A DNA stretch of 35,236 nucleotides. Origin: a virus (lineage: Duplodnaviria > Caudoviricetes). The first letter of the stretch is position 1, and every line of letters begins with the position of its first letter. The stretch is taken from positions 1 to 35,236 of the IMG/VR virus record IMGVR_UViG_3300025128_004839; one strand, given 5' to 3'. Below, piece after piece: positions 19,017-27,109 of this stretch. The position numbers and the translations under genes are program-made. Under the pieces are notes generated by a model. The model was given only the letters and a program-made list of their open reading frames with translations. It did not search any database and had not been told where the DNA came from.

Positions 19017-19816
19017 CAGTTCCACTTCTTGAGGGAGAGGCTGAGACGATCCTTGCCTGTGTTGTTACTGGCTTTTTGTCTCTTCCTCATGCCACTCATG
19101 CGAGCGCAGAAAGACTTTCTCCTGTTGGCTGCCTTGCTACCCTTCTTTAACTTGGAAGGCTTAGTGGTAACAGCAGTCTTTAATTTGGAGCCGGGATTTT
19201 CTCGCTTGTAGGAGTCTACACCTTTTTGGTTGAGTCCACCTTTTGGATTCTTTCCTGATTTCTTCTGCCATGCAGGAGTTGCTTCTTTAACCTTGACACA
19301 TGAGCCCTTAGAATACGGGGTGCTTCCTTTCTTTGCCTTGTATCCCTTCCAGCATCTTCCTTCCTGAATTAGACTTGCCACTCTGGCGTAGAAAGTGTTT
19401 TCGTTTTTCGCTTTCTTTTTCTTACCTCCGGGTTTTACTTTTCCGCTACAAACCGCACTAGCGTACATGTTTGCATAAGCTGAGGGGTACACATCAAACT
19501 TTCTCTTAGCAGCAGACTTACCTTTAGGGCAAAGTTTTTTCTCATCCACATCCGTCTTTACGTTAGTAGGCTTTGGTCCCGCATTACCAGCAGCCCGTTT
19601 CCTGCTTACTGCGGATTTCTTATCTTTTTTACTCATACTAGCCGCTTTTGATGCTGGTACGCATTTGGGGTATCCTTTTCTTTTTTCCCCTTCCGATCTT
19701 CCGCAAGGCTTATATCCTCCGCCCTTCTTGGGCGCACCAATATCGACCCACTTTTGTTTAACCCACTTGCGAAGGTCTTCTTTCACTTTTGGTTTCCTTG
19801 AATTTTCGCTTGACAT
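19013..19816 (-). CDS. Highly basic, Cys-containing modular phage protein (C-terminal DUF6321-like module)
   Basis: LRKWVKQKWVDIG..PCGR..YPKC, YPSAYAN, CWKGY and PAWQKKSGKNPKGGLN..RRKSFCARM..KWNC modules, AGGAG Shine-Dalgarno. Family recalled, not searched. Confidence 0.7.
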   Translation of the reverse strand: MSSENSRKPKVKEDLRKWVKQKWVDIGAPKKGGGYKPCGRSEGEKRKGYPKCVPASKAASMSKKDKKSAVSRKRAAGNAGPKPTNVKTDVDEKKLCPKGKSAAKRKFDVYPSAYANMYASAVCSGKVKPGGKKKKAKNENTFYARVASLIQEGRCWKGYKAKKGSTPYSKGSCVKVKEATPAWQKKSGKNPKGGLNQKGVDSYKRENPGSKLKTAVTTKPSKLKKGSKAANRRKSFCARMSGMRKRQKASNNTGKDRLSLSLKKWNC

Positions 19817-19838
19817 TACCTTACTCCTGTGTTATTAT
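19810..19838 (+). promoter_or_regulatory. Sigma70-type promoter, leaderless
   Basis: TTGACA-N17-TATTAT-N6-ATG. Confidence 0.7.
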
Positions 19839-19844
19839 ATAGCC

Positions 19845-20366
19845 ATGAACATATTCATCCTAGATAAAAATCCTAAAGCTGCCGCAGCAATGCATTGCGA
19901 TAAGCATGTACCTAAAATGATCCTAGAGACAGCACAGATGCTCTCAACGGCTCACCGTGTATACGAAACTGCACAGGCCGAAGGTCTTTACAAGCAAGCC
20001 CACCTCAATCATCCATGCACAAAATGGATTCGTGAGTCTGGTGCTAACTATCGTTGGGCTTGGCATCTGTATGTTGCGCTCCTGACTGAGTTCACAAATC
20101 GTCGAGGCAAGTCTCACAAGTCTGGTGAGCTTATTCATGAGCTTGCTCACACGCCTCATGGGATGCCTGAGCTTGGCCTTACACCCTTCCCCCAAGCCAT
20201 GCCCGACGAGTACAAGCATGAGGACGCTGTGGAGGCATACAGAGCCTACTACATGGGCGACAAGGCTGCGTTCGCCAAGTGGGAGTGGCCTACCGCTCAG
20301 ACCCCTCGTTGGTGGTCTGAAGAAAATTCGGAAAAGGGCTTGCAATCCCTTGAAACTGTGGTATAA
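19845..20366 (+). CDS. Pyrimidine-dimer DNA glycosylase/endonuclease V-like protein
   Basis: MNIFILD..HCDKHVPKMILETAQMLST, HLNHPCTKW, QAMPDEYK..VEAYRAYY. Confidence 0.8.
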   Translation: MNIFILDKNPKAAAAMHCDKHVPKMILETAQMLSTAHRVYETAQAEGLYKQAHLNHPCTKWIRESGANYRWAWHLYVALLTEFTNRRGKSHKSGELIHELAHTPHGMPELGLTPFPQAMPDEYKHEDAVEAYRAYYMGDKAAFAKWEWPTAQTPRWWSEENSEKGLQSLETVV

Positions 20367-20367
20367 T
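20340..20367 (+). promoter_or_regulatory. Sigma70-type promoter, leaderless
   Basis: TTGCAA-N16-TATAAT-N6-ATG. Confidence 0.75.
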
Positions 20368-20373
20368 AGGGGC

Positions 20374-20754
20374 ATGAACAGCGAAGATAGCATTAAAGAC
20401 GGCGACCGAGTGGAAGTTTACTGGAACCTCCATAAGGACTGCTTTTCTGTCCGCAAGAACGGTCGAGTAGTGGACTACCTTTATGGTGGTGAGGACTACC
20501 TGACCCTTACGGATGTAAAGTTTGTTGTTCAACCTGCGGGGAGAGAGCGGGTACTTCGTGAGCGCAAGAAGAATGTTCATGCGTTTGTCCGAGGTACTGT
20601 CAGCTTCTCTTCTCCAGTAGCTTACCAACAAAAGGTTAGCTACAACCCCTACAAGATGGGGTCTTTTTTCACTAAGTTTGGGGGCAATTGCACCCCTGTT
20701 TTTTCCGCTAAGAGAGCAACCCTCTCTGATCAACGAGTAACCATCAATCCTTAG
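20374..20754 (+). CDS. Conserved phage hypothetical protein
   Basis: VYWNLHK..FSV and GRERVLRERKKNVHAFVRG motifs, leaderless start. Confidence 0.75.
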   Translation: MNSEDSIKDGDRVEVYWNLHKDCFSVRKNGRVVDYLYGGEDYLTLTDVKFVVQPAGRERVLRERKKNVHAFVRGTVSFSSPVAYQQKVSYNPYKMGSFFTKFGGNCTPVFSAKRATLSDQRVTINP

Positions 20755-20763
20755 GAGATTATT

Positions 20764-21156
20764 ATGGGACTAGATATGAGTGTATACGCCACCGAGGGCG
20801 AGATTCTGACCAATGACAACTGGGACATCCCCAAGAAGGAGTACTACTGGCGCAAGGCTAACCAGATTCATAACTGGTTCGTAAAAAACGTCCAAGAGGG
20901 TGTGGATGACTGTGGCCTTTATGAGGTCAGCGTTAGCCAACTCACGAGTCTCAAGAAGACTGTGGCAACGGTTATCCGTGACCATAAGAAAGCTGCGAAG
21001 CTTCTTCCTACCTCTTCTGGATTCTTTTTCGGCGGTATCGACTATGATGAGTGGTATTGGGAAGATGTTAATAGTACTCTGAACTATGTGAATGAGATGC
21101 TACAGCAGCACAAGGATAACCCTGACACTAAATTCTTTTACGCATCAAGCTGGTAA
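20764..21156 (+). CDS. Conserved phage hypothetical protein
   Basis: MGLDM, YWRKANQIHNWFV, LPTSSGFFFG, YASSW, AGGAG Shine-Dalgarno. Confidence 0.8.
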   Translation: MGLDMSVYATEGEILTNDNWDIPKKEYYWRKANQIHNWFVKNVQEGVDDCGLYEVSVSQLTSLKKTVATVIRDHKKAAKLLPTSSGFFFGGIDYDEWYWEDVNSTLNYVNEMLQQHKDNPDTKFFYASSW

Positions 21157-21158
21157 CA

Positions 21159-21452
21159 ATGATTAACAATAATAAAGAACTGTGGGAAGCCATGATGGGT
21201 GGTCCCGTTGAGATTACGGAAGAAGCCGCTAAGGCTGCGGTAGAAAAAGCAGTCTTCAAGGACACCCAATGTGGGTGTTCGATTATCTCTGACAGCGCAG
21301 GTGTGAGCCTGACTGGATATGCAGAGGGATCGAATGTCGAACTTAACCCCAAGATTTTGTTTTGGGGCTTTACTTATGCTGAATTTAACGAAACACTAGC
21401 CGAGGCTGATGCTGAAGGCGTAGCAGAATGGCATAATGCCAATGGAGAATAA
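21159..21452 (+). CDS. Hypothetical acidic protein
   Basis: ORF in the operon. Confidence 0.7.
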   Translation: MINNNKELWEAMMGGPVEITEEAAKAAVEKAVFKDTQCGCSIISDSAGVSLTGYAEGSNVELNPKILFWGFTYAEFNETLAEADAEGVAEWHNANGE

Positions 21453-21453
21453 C

Positions 21454-21585
21454 ATGAAAATTGAAATGACTGACAGGTGGGTGCAACGTGCCCTTATCGC
21501 TTTCTTGGGCCTTGGTGCCTGTTCTTATGCGTGTATGTTTGTTACATACCTCATGTGGTTCATGGGAGTGTGGCCGACAGCATGA
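21454..21585 (+). CDS. Small membrane protein (43 aa, not in the ORF track)
   Basis: GGAG Shine-Dalgarno, MKIEMTDRWVQRALIAFLGLGACSYACMFVTYLMWFMGVWPTA. Confidence 0.6.
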   Translation: MKIEMTDRWVQRALIAFLGLGACSYACMFVTYLMWFMGVWPTA

Positions 21586-21794
21586 GAGTATTAAATGATT
21601 ACAGAGGGGAAATGAATGGAGACGTTCGCCTTACCCCTCAAGATATTAAAATGATCGCTTACTGCCTTTCATGGTGTGAGGGTGATGAGGCCATCGGCTG
21701 TGATGCTGAATTGTACTCTTTTGGTAAACTAGCGGACCAGTTTCGCGCAATGGATTTACATTTTCAAGAAAAGGCTGTTGACAGCGACTCTTGA
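21582..21794 (+). CDS. Hypothetical protein
   Basis: ATGA-coupled start MRVLND. Confidence 0.6.
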   Translation: MRVLNDYRGEMNGDVRLTPQDIKMIAYCLSWCEGDEAIGCDAELYSFGKLADQFRAMDLHFQEKAVDSDS

Positions 21795-21806
21795 TTGTGA
21801 TATAAT
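21778..21806 (+). promoter_or_regulatory. Sigma70-type promoter, leaderless
   Basis: TTGACA-N17-TATAAT-N6-ATG. Confidence 0.85.
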
Positions 21807-21812
21807 AGGCGC

Positions 21813-22013
21813 ATGAAACGAAAAGTTACTGTGGATCTAACGCTTTCGTGGACCTTCGATGAGAAGGAATGGAGTGATGAAAAAGCACACATCGAAGCCA
21901 TGAGAGCAAACCCCAAATTAATTCTAGGCTATGACATTATTCATAGCATTTTCTGTCTTAACGAAATCACAACCCCTGAAGAGAAGGATATTAAAGTTTA
22001 TGTCGCTGACTGA
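21813..22013 (+). CDS. Hypothetical protein
   Basis: Leaderless ORF. Confidence 0.7.
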   Translation: MKRKVTVDLTLSWTFDEKEWSDEKAHIEAMRANPKLILGYDIIHSIFCLNEITTPEEKDIKVYVAD

Positions 22014-22566
22014 TGAACAATGGAACAAGATTGACAAGAAGTATGGTAAGCTGATGTACAAGATCAGCCACCAGATCAGCGGAGACAAGGCTACGGCCAA
22101 CTTTGATGATAACTTGCAGGACATTCGCCTCTCCGCTATGGAGGCTGTGATGGGTTTCGAAAAGCAGAACGACGGGGCTAACGGTAGCTTTGATGAGTTC
22201 TGGGGCACCAAGGGCTTCGACCAGTACATTAAAACGTGTATGTGGACCAAGAAGAACAACAAGGGCGCGAAGATCACTAAGAAGGCTCCGATCCTCAAGG
22301 GGACTGTATCCACCGACAAGGAGGAGATCCTTGAGATCGAGGAGTGTACTGGTGATCCTGAGATTGCCATGCTACTGGAAGAGATCTCTTACCACCTCAC
22401 TCCTACGCAGCAAGCAATTGTTACCATGGTGGTCAAAGACCCCAACCTGATTAAGCCTAGCGGTAAGATGAACATCAAGCAGATCGCAGAGGCTCTAGAC
22501 CTCACTTGGTTCGAGACTGATAAACAAATCAAGAGCCTTTCTATTATGCTGGAGAACGAGCTATAA
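22000..22566 (+). CDS. Putative phage sigma70-family sigma factor
   Basis: Region-2-like YGKLMYKIS..DDNLQD..AMEAV..F..YIKTCMW and region-4-like LTPTQQAIV..IKQIAEALDLT helix-turn-helix. Confidence 0.7.
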   Translation: MSLTDEQWNKIDKKYGKLMYKISHQISGDKATANFDDNLQDIRLSAMEAVMGFEKQNDGANGSFDEFWGTKGFDQYIKTCMWTKKNNKGAKITKKAPILKGTVSTDKEEILEIEECTGDPEIAMLLEEISYHLTPTQQAIVTMVVKDPNLIKPSGKMNIKQIAEALDLTWFETDKQIKSLSIMLENEL

Positions 22567-22617
22567 TAGCTACAGAAGCGAATATTCCTGTGCATAATGC
22601 ACTTGGGGACTATAAAT

Positions 22618-22773
22618 ATGTATGAGTACAAAGTTTTTAGCACAGACGTAATTTCCGATCAGGGGCTCAATGCGCTCCTACAAGAAATTTCCCACAACGG
22701 GTGGGAGCCTATCCAGATTGAATGGGATAAGATGCAAGTCTTTGCTCGGAAACCATTGATGCTCACCGATTAG
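22618..22773 (+). CDS. Small DUF4177-like protein (51 aa, not in the ORF track)
   Basis: MYEYKV...LNALLQEISHNGWEPI pattern. Confidence 0.55.
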   Translation: MYEYKVFSTDVISDQGLNALLQEISHNGWEPIQIEWDKMQVFARKPLMLTD

Positions 22774-22783
22774 GAGAATAGAT

Positions 22784-23185
22784 ATGAAGTATTTTGCAAT
22801 TATGCTCGCCGCTCTGACGCTTGCGACCCCTGCTTTCGCACAGCGTGAGCAAGGCCCCTCTCGTCGCCCACAGGCGCGTGTTGAGGCTCCGAAGGCTGCT
22901 GCCCTCAAGGCAGAGGTTAAGGCTCTCAGGCGCGAACTGGAGGCCCTCAAGAAAGAGGTCGCTCAACTGAAGAAGAGAGGCAATGGTCGCCGTAGAGGTT
23001 CGGGTGCTGGTCAACGTGCTGGTCGAGCTATGAAAGATGAAAATGGTGTAGTCCATCAGGGCCGAGGCCGTTTTCAGGGTGAAGGTAAACGCCGCAAGAA
23101 GGGCGAAAAGAAGGTTGAGGTCGAGAGACCTGACTGGGAGGCAATTCGTCAACGCATGGGCGAGTTCAGGAAGAGCAGGAAGTAA
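22784..23185 (+). CDS. Secreted basic coiled-coil protein
   Basis: Signal peptide MKYFAIMLAALTLATPAFA, AGGAG Shine-Dalgarno. Confidence 0.75.
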   Translation: MKYFAIMLAALTLATPAFAQREQGPSRRPQARVEAPKAAALKAEVKALRRELEALKKEVAQLKKRGNGRRRGSGAGQRAGRAMKDENGVVHQGRGRFQGEGKRRKKGEKKVEVERPDWEAIRQRMGEFRKSRK

Positions 23186-23191
23186 TGCATG

Positions 23192-23265
23192 GGGGAGGAG
23201 TTCTCATCCCTTCATCTGCCAAAGTGCATGAAGGTGTTTCTATTTTAGAGAACTTCTCCCTTTTT
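23192..23265 (+). terminator. Long hairpin with T-tract
   Basis: GGGAGGAGTTCTC...GAGAACTTCTCCC-TTTTT with inner CCTTCAT/ATGAAGG. Confidence 0.55.
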
Positions 23266-23371
23266 AGTACACGGGCTAGAGGAAAACTCTCACGGTGACG
23301 GGGTAAATAGCGAAAGAGATTGCTGCTGGTATCCATGATCACAGCCCACCAAAACAAAGGAAAAGATAGTT

Positions 23372-23701
23372 ATGAAGATGAATCCAGTTTATAGACCCGC
23401 CATTGGGTTGTTTATGATAGGTATTGTGTTGTGCCTAATGAGTATGACACTTCCCTCAGCAAAAATAACCTATCCTCGTCGGTGGATTCCGATGTGGGAA
23501 GGAAAGCGTGAGAGCATTATGATCCACACCGACAATATCGTCACCGTGGAGCCTAAGTTCGATCCCGCACTTCTTCTCGCCAATACCAGAGTTCTGAATA
23601 AGAAAGCTGCTTGGCTAGATGTAGTCCTTGCAGACGGTAGAACACTCCAAGTGTTTGAGCCATTCGATGAGTTTATGGAGCGCATTAGGAGGAGTCAGTA
23701 A
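23372..23701 (+). CDS. Membrane-anchored hypothetical protein
   Basis: N-terminal hydrophobic helix. Confidence 0.65.
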   Translation: MKMNPVYRPAIGLFMIGIVLCLMSMTLPSAKITYPRRWIPMWEGKRESIMIHTDNIVTVEPKFDPALLLANTRVLNKKAAWLDVVLADGRTLQVFEPFDEFMERIRRSQ

Positions 23702-24309
23702 TGCACGAAGCTTTTGTACAGTATATGGGGTCACAGATGAGACCCAATGTTTACCTAGAGTTAGGCGTAGGGGAAGGAACCACCTTTAACCTTATCGCTC
23801 CCTTTGTCTCCAGAGCTATTGCTGTGGACACTAAGATGCCTGAGTGCTTGGAGGACTTTGAGACCTATGAGATGGATAGCAGCGAGTTCTTTGCCGATGG
23901 ATGGTTGAATGGGACCGCAGACTTAATCTTTATTGATGCCGATCAGTCCTACAAAGGTGTAAAAGCGGATCTAATGAATTCGTTGAAGGTTCTGAGTGAG
24001 GATGGAATGATTATCATGAACAACACCGATCCCATCAGCGACAAGAATATGACCTCAGAGGCGCACAAACTGGTGGATGAAATTGAGGAAGGTAAGATCC
24101 CTCACATGAATGTAACTACTCTGCCAATCGGTGATGGTGGCTTGTCTATCATTACTAATAAAAAGTGCAGCAGAACACAACAGAGAGCATCTTCCCCAGA
24201 CAAGGTAGACAAGGACGGGAAACTAAAGCCTAAGTTCTATGTGCCTGAGGCTTACAATCTTAGTGAGTACGCTGAGATGAAGGCTAACTCCCCCTACAAA
24301 CAATACTAA
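23701..24309 (+). CDS. Class I SAM-dependent methyltransferase (Methyltransf_24-like)
   Basis: YLELGVGEG, DLIFIDADQSY..VKAD. Confidence 0.8.
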   Translation: MHEAFVQYMGSQMRPNVYLELGVGEGTTFNLIAPFVSRAIAVDTKMPECLEDFETYEMDSSEFFADGWLNGTADLIFIDADQSYKGVKADLMNSLKVLSEDGMIIMNNTDPISDKNMTSEAHKLVDEIEEGKIPHMNVTTLPIGDGGLSIITNKKCSRTQQRASSPDKVDKDGKLKPKFYVPEAYNLSEYAEMKANSPYKQY

Positions 24310-24310
24310 G

Positions 24311-24412
24311 ATGAACTGCCAAGCCCCACTTAGACAGCGCATGAAGTACATGATGGTGTGGCTCGCAGTAATGAGTCTTGCCGCTGTCATTTTGTCAGTT
24401 AAAGGAAATTAA
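24311..24412 (+). CDS. Small membrane peptide (33 aa)
   Basis: Fills the gap, hydrophobic C-terminal half. Confidence 0.45.
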   Translation: MNCQAPLRQRMKYMMVWLAVMSLAAVILSVKGN

Positions 24413-24414
24413 TT

Positions 24415-24696
24415 ATGATTAGACCACTAAGAAACTATATTATCGTCAAGAGAGAGGCAGCAGAGACTACCTCAGCATTGGGTATCATTATCCCTGAAGC
24501 CGCACAGAAGAGTTCTGATGTAGGCACAGTAGTGGCTGCTGGTCCCGGAAATTTAGAACGAGGGGAGAGAGTTCCCCTTGACGTAGAAGTAGGGGACAGA
24601 GTTATGTTCGCCCAGTTCACGGGGAAAGAGGTAGAGGTAGATGGAGAGTCCATGCTAATGATGGTCGATACTGACTGTTACGGTGTGATGGAATAA
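24415..24696 (+). CDS. groES: Co-chaperonin GroES
   Basis: IRPL, GIIIP, GTVVAAGPG, VEVGDRV. Confidence 0.93.
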   Translation: MIRPLRNYIIVKREAAETTSALGIIIPEAAQKSSDVGTVVAAGPGNLERGERVPLDVEVGDRVMFAQFTGKEVEVDGESMLMMVDTDCYGVME

Positions 24697-24707
24697 CTAC
24701 ATATGGT

Positions 24708-24860
24708 ATGAAAGTACCATTAACTATTATCGTGCGCGAAAAGACACCTAAAGAGAAACATGATGACGAGGTAACAGCTACCCTCATCATATGGAGTGCA
24801 GCCTTTGTTGCAGGGATCACTACACTCGGAGTCCTACTAATTAAATTAATGACGCGATGA
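24708..24860 (+). CDS. Small membrane protein (50 aa)
   Basis: C-terminal hydrophobic helix, ATGA overlap with the next gene. Confidence 0.5.
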   Translation: MKVPLTIIVREKTPKEKHDDEVTATLIIWSAAFVAGITTLGVLLIKLMTR

Positions 24861-25237
24861 AAATTGTAAGAAAACCTTGGGGAAGAGAAGATTGGTATGT
24901 CCTAAATGAGAAGTACTGCCTCAAGAGAATGTACATTGACGCAGGACAAAGACTATCTCTCCAGTTCCATGAAGTAAAGAAAGAAACTATGATCCTAGAA
25001 GAAGGAACATGTGATCTTATAAAGAACGGAGAGACAATACTCATGAAGTATGGTCAAGCATATACGATCAATCCTAAGGACGTACACAGACTCCATGCAC
25101 ACAGAGATACAATCATCTTAGAGGTATCAACACCCGAGGTAGATGATGTGGTTAGAGTAGAAGATGACTACGGTAGACCCCAATATAGTAGGAGAAAAGA
25201 GGATAAAAAAAGTGGAATAGATGGAGAAAATACTTAG
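24857..25237 (+). CDS. Cupin, mannose-6-phosphate isomerase type II-like
   Basis: KPWG, LSLQFH..KKET, HRL, EVST..DDVVRVEDDYGR. Confidence 0.85.
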   Translation: MKIVRKPWGREDWYVLNEKYCLKRMYIDAGQRLSLQFHEVKKETMILEEGTCDLIKNGETILMKYGQAYTINPKDVHRLHAHRDTIILEVSTPEVDDVVRVEDDYGRPQYSRRKEDKKSGIDGENT

Positions 25238-25537
25238 GGCTGATTTAGGTTAGTATAATGTTAGGTATACTAAATACTACAAGAAAAGTCAAATTAGTTC
25301 AGAATTACCCCCCAAACCACGACAAGAAAAGTCAAATTAGGGGTTTGTTAGTAGTGTTTGCTTGACCCTTTTTAAAGAAACTTAAAAAAAACTCCCATGG
25401 GGGGACCAAACCAGTTCAAAACCAAGTTCAAACCAGTTCAGAAAAAGCTTTCGAACCAACCCATTTACCCCGCTCCCGAATTAGTTCCAAGCGGTCATCA
25501 CCTCCTTAGAACTCTTTTAAGAAAAGTCAAATTTAGC

Positions 25538-25566
25538 TTGACAAAGCCCTTTCGGTGTGCTATAAT
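25538..25566 (+). promoter_or_regulatory. Consensus sigma70 promoter with no substantial downstream ORF
   Basis: TTGACA-N17-TATAAT. Confidence 0.8.
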
Positions 25567-25664
25567 AAGGGGCCGAGAGCTATTCTCCTATAGACCAAAG
25601 CTACGCCCTCTGAGGTATTCATGGTAGTGCAAAAAAAGTCAAAGTAGACTTCGATGCATTACAC

Positions 25665-25706
25665 AAAAAACCCCCTTCGTTCAATTAAGTTCGAGGGGGG
25701 TTTTTT
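25665..25706. terminator. Bidirectional terminator at the convergence point
   Basis: A6-CCCCCTTCG...CGAGGGGGG-T6. Confidence 0.85.
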
Positions 25707-25708
25707 AT

Positions 25709-25783
25709 TGGTGGGCAATGAGGGATTCGAACCCCCGACCTCTTCCTTGTAAAAGAAGCACTCTACCGCTGAGTTAATCACCC
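25709..25783 (-). tRNA. tRNA-Val(TAC)
   Basis: Cloverleaf with CCA on the - strand. Confidence 0.93.
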
Positions 25784-25805
25784 ATACAAAAAAGTCAAAT
25801 CAGGG

Positions 25806-25882
25806 TGGCGAGGATGACGGGACTTGAACCCGTAACCTTCGGCGTGACAGGCCGATGCTCTAACCAATTGAGCCACATCCCC
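25806..25882 (-). tRNA. tRNA-Asp(GTC)
   Basis: Cloverleaf with CCA on the - strand. Confidence 0.95.
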
Positions 25883-26083
25883 TTAGTCATGGCGACCCTT
25901 TTTTTCCACATACCACGAATCCTCCCCCGCCTCCACTTTTTTGACGAGCTTCGCCACGAAAGCGTCGAGGAGGCCATATGCATTCCCCGCCATGCCCTTG
26001 CACCCGATCTCATTTCTAAGGGCGCGGAAGGTATCTTCCTCGATGTCGAGGATAATTCTCTTGCTGGGGGGTTCGTTGCTCAT
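25883..26083 (-). CDS. Hypothetical protein
   Basis: Leaderless after TTGAAA-N16-TATAAT-N7, stop abuts tRNA-Asp. Confidence 0.7.
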   Translation of the reverse strand: MSNEPPSKRIILDIEEDTFRALRNEIGCKGMAGNAYGLLDAFVAKLVKKVEAGEDSWYVEKKGRHD

Positions 26084-26166
26084 GAGTCCTATTATACCAA
26101 ATTTTGAGGAAATTTCAAGCGAAATCTCAGATTTATTTTGTTCGGGTTTTGTTCGTTAGGGTTCTG

Positions 26167-26814
26167 TTAGTGGGTGGTGAATCGAACCGTTTTCGGTGCC
26201 ATCCAACATAGCCCACACGATGCACAATTCGCGACCTTCTTTGTTTGCTCTGGACAATCAAAAGACTTTCCCTCGAAACTTTCTTCGGCTGCAAACCATT
26301 TTCCCAACTCCTGCGAATCATTGTTTCGGGAATAACGAACCACGAAGCGATCCGAAAAGCGAAGATTCAAAAGGTGAATAGCTCCACCGATAGGGGAATC
26401 TAATTCCCTTCCAGTATACCCAAAGATACAAAGCTCAGGGTATTCTAGCATCATTTTCTGCCAGAAGTTTACATAATCCAGAGAGTAGAAATCACCCAGA
26501 ACATGCAAGCGAATTACGATCCCTTGCTTGTGCTTTCGCATGAGATAATCAATCTCTAGATGCAATTGATCGGTAAGCCCCTCAGTAGAAAAGCGATGCG
26601 CGAATGGCATATTGTTGCCATAACAATCATTCCAATGGTGGCATGAGGTAGGGCAGGTTTCACGCTCTACTAGGGTAAGACTATAAAGCCTTTTCCCTTT
26701 CCACTTCTTAGCGGTGATTTTGAAACCTAATTTCTTATTACTCGAACCCTTTTTGAGGGTATCGAATTCGTGCGGGAGCTTGATGCTCTTCTGGTATCTT
26801 GTCGAGGTAATCAT
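26167..26814 (-). CDS. Gp88-like Cys-rich phage protein (radical-SAM-like motif)
   Basis: TCPTSCHHWNDCY, IRLHVLGDFYS, GYT, CP..CASCGLC, leaderless start. Confidence 0.7.
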   Translation of the reverse strand: MITSTRYQKSIKLPHEFDTLKKGSSNKKLGFKITAKKWKGKRLYSLTLVERETCPTSCHHWNDCYGNNMPFAHRFSTEGLTDQLHLEIDYLMRKHKQGIVIRLHVLGDFYSLDYVNFWQKMMLEYPELCIFGYTGRELDSPIGGAIHLLNLRFSDRFVVRYSRNNDSQELGKWFAAEESFEGKSFDCPEQTKKVANCASCGLCWMAPKTVRFTTH

Positions 26815-26884
26815 GCGCCTATTATATCATGCCCGTGGGGGGTTGTCAAGTGGTTGCACAAAAAACTTCCACTTTATTTTCGGT

Positions 26885-26945
26885 CGTAAGGTGTTGTCAA
26901 TAAAGGACTTATGGGCGCGGCCCCGGCCCCGAAAAAAAATTTCAA
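26885..26945. repeat. Palindromic element, copy 1
   Basis: TAAG-N17-CTTA starting 26887, then GC-rich CCCCGGCCC and an A-tract. Confidence 0.9.
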
Positions 26946-26964
26946 GCGAAAAGCAGAAAAAAGT

Positions 26965-27104
26965 TGCCTCCCTGTCGGACTTGACCCAGACTGCGGACTC
27001 TCGTCCCCGTTCGAACTCTCGCCCTCATCAAATAGGACTCTCGCTCAGTCGTAGTTTTTCCCACCTTTGCGGGTGTTCTGGAGTATGTCCCCGACAGGGA
27101 AGCA
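26965..27104 (-). ncRNA. Putative 140-nt structured RNA
   Basis: 14-bp closing helix TGCTTCCCTGTCGG/CCGACAGGGAGGCA, inner CCAGA/TCTGG, three CGAGAGT motifs, 3' T-tract. Confidence 0.65.
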
Positions 27105-27109
27105 TTGTA

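Larger units (their letters stand above)
25279..25800. repeat. Dispersed AAAAGTCAAA direct repeats (5 copies) plus a triple AAACCA(A)GTTCA
   Basis: ACAAGAAAAGTCAAATTAG at 25279 and 25322, shorter copies near 25519, 25631 and 25788, triple repeat at 25408-25440. Confidence 0.8.

Noticed and set aside
26965-27104. 6S, SRP or RNase P RNA
   Set aside because: It is multi-branched rather than a rod with a central bubble, and lacks GGAA/GCAGC and GAGGAAAGUCC hallmarks
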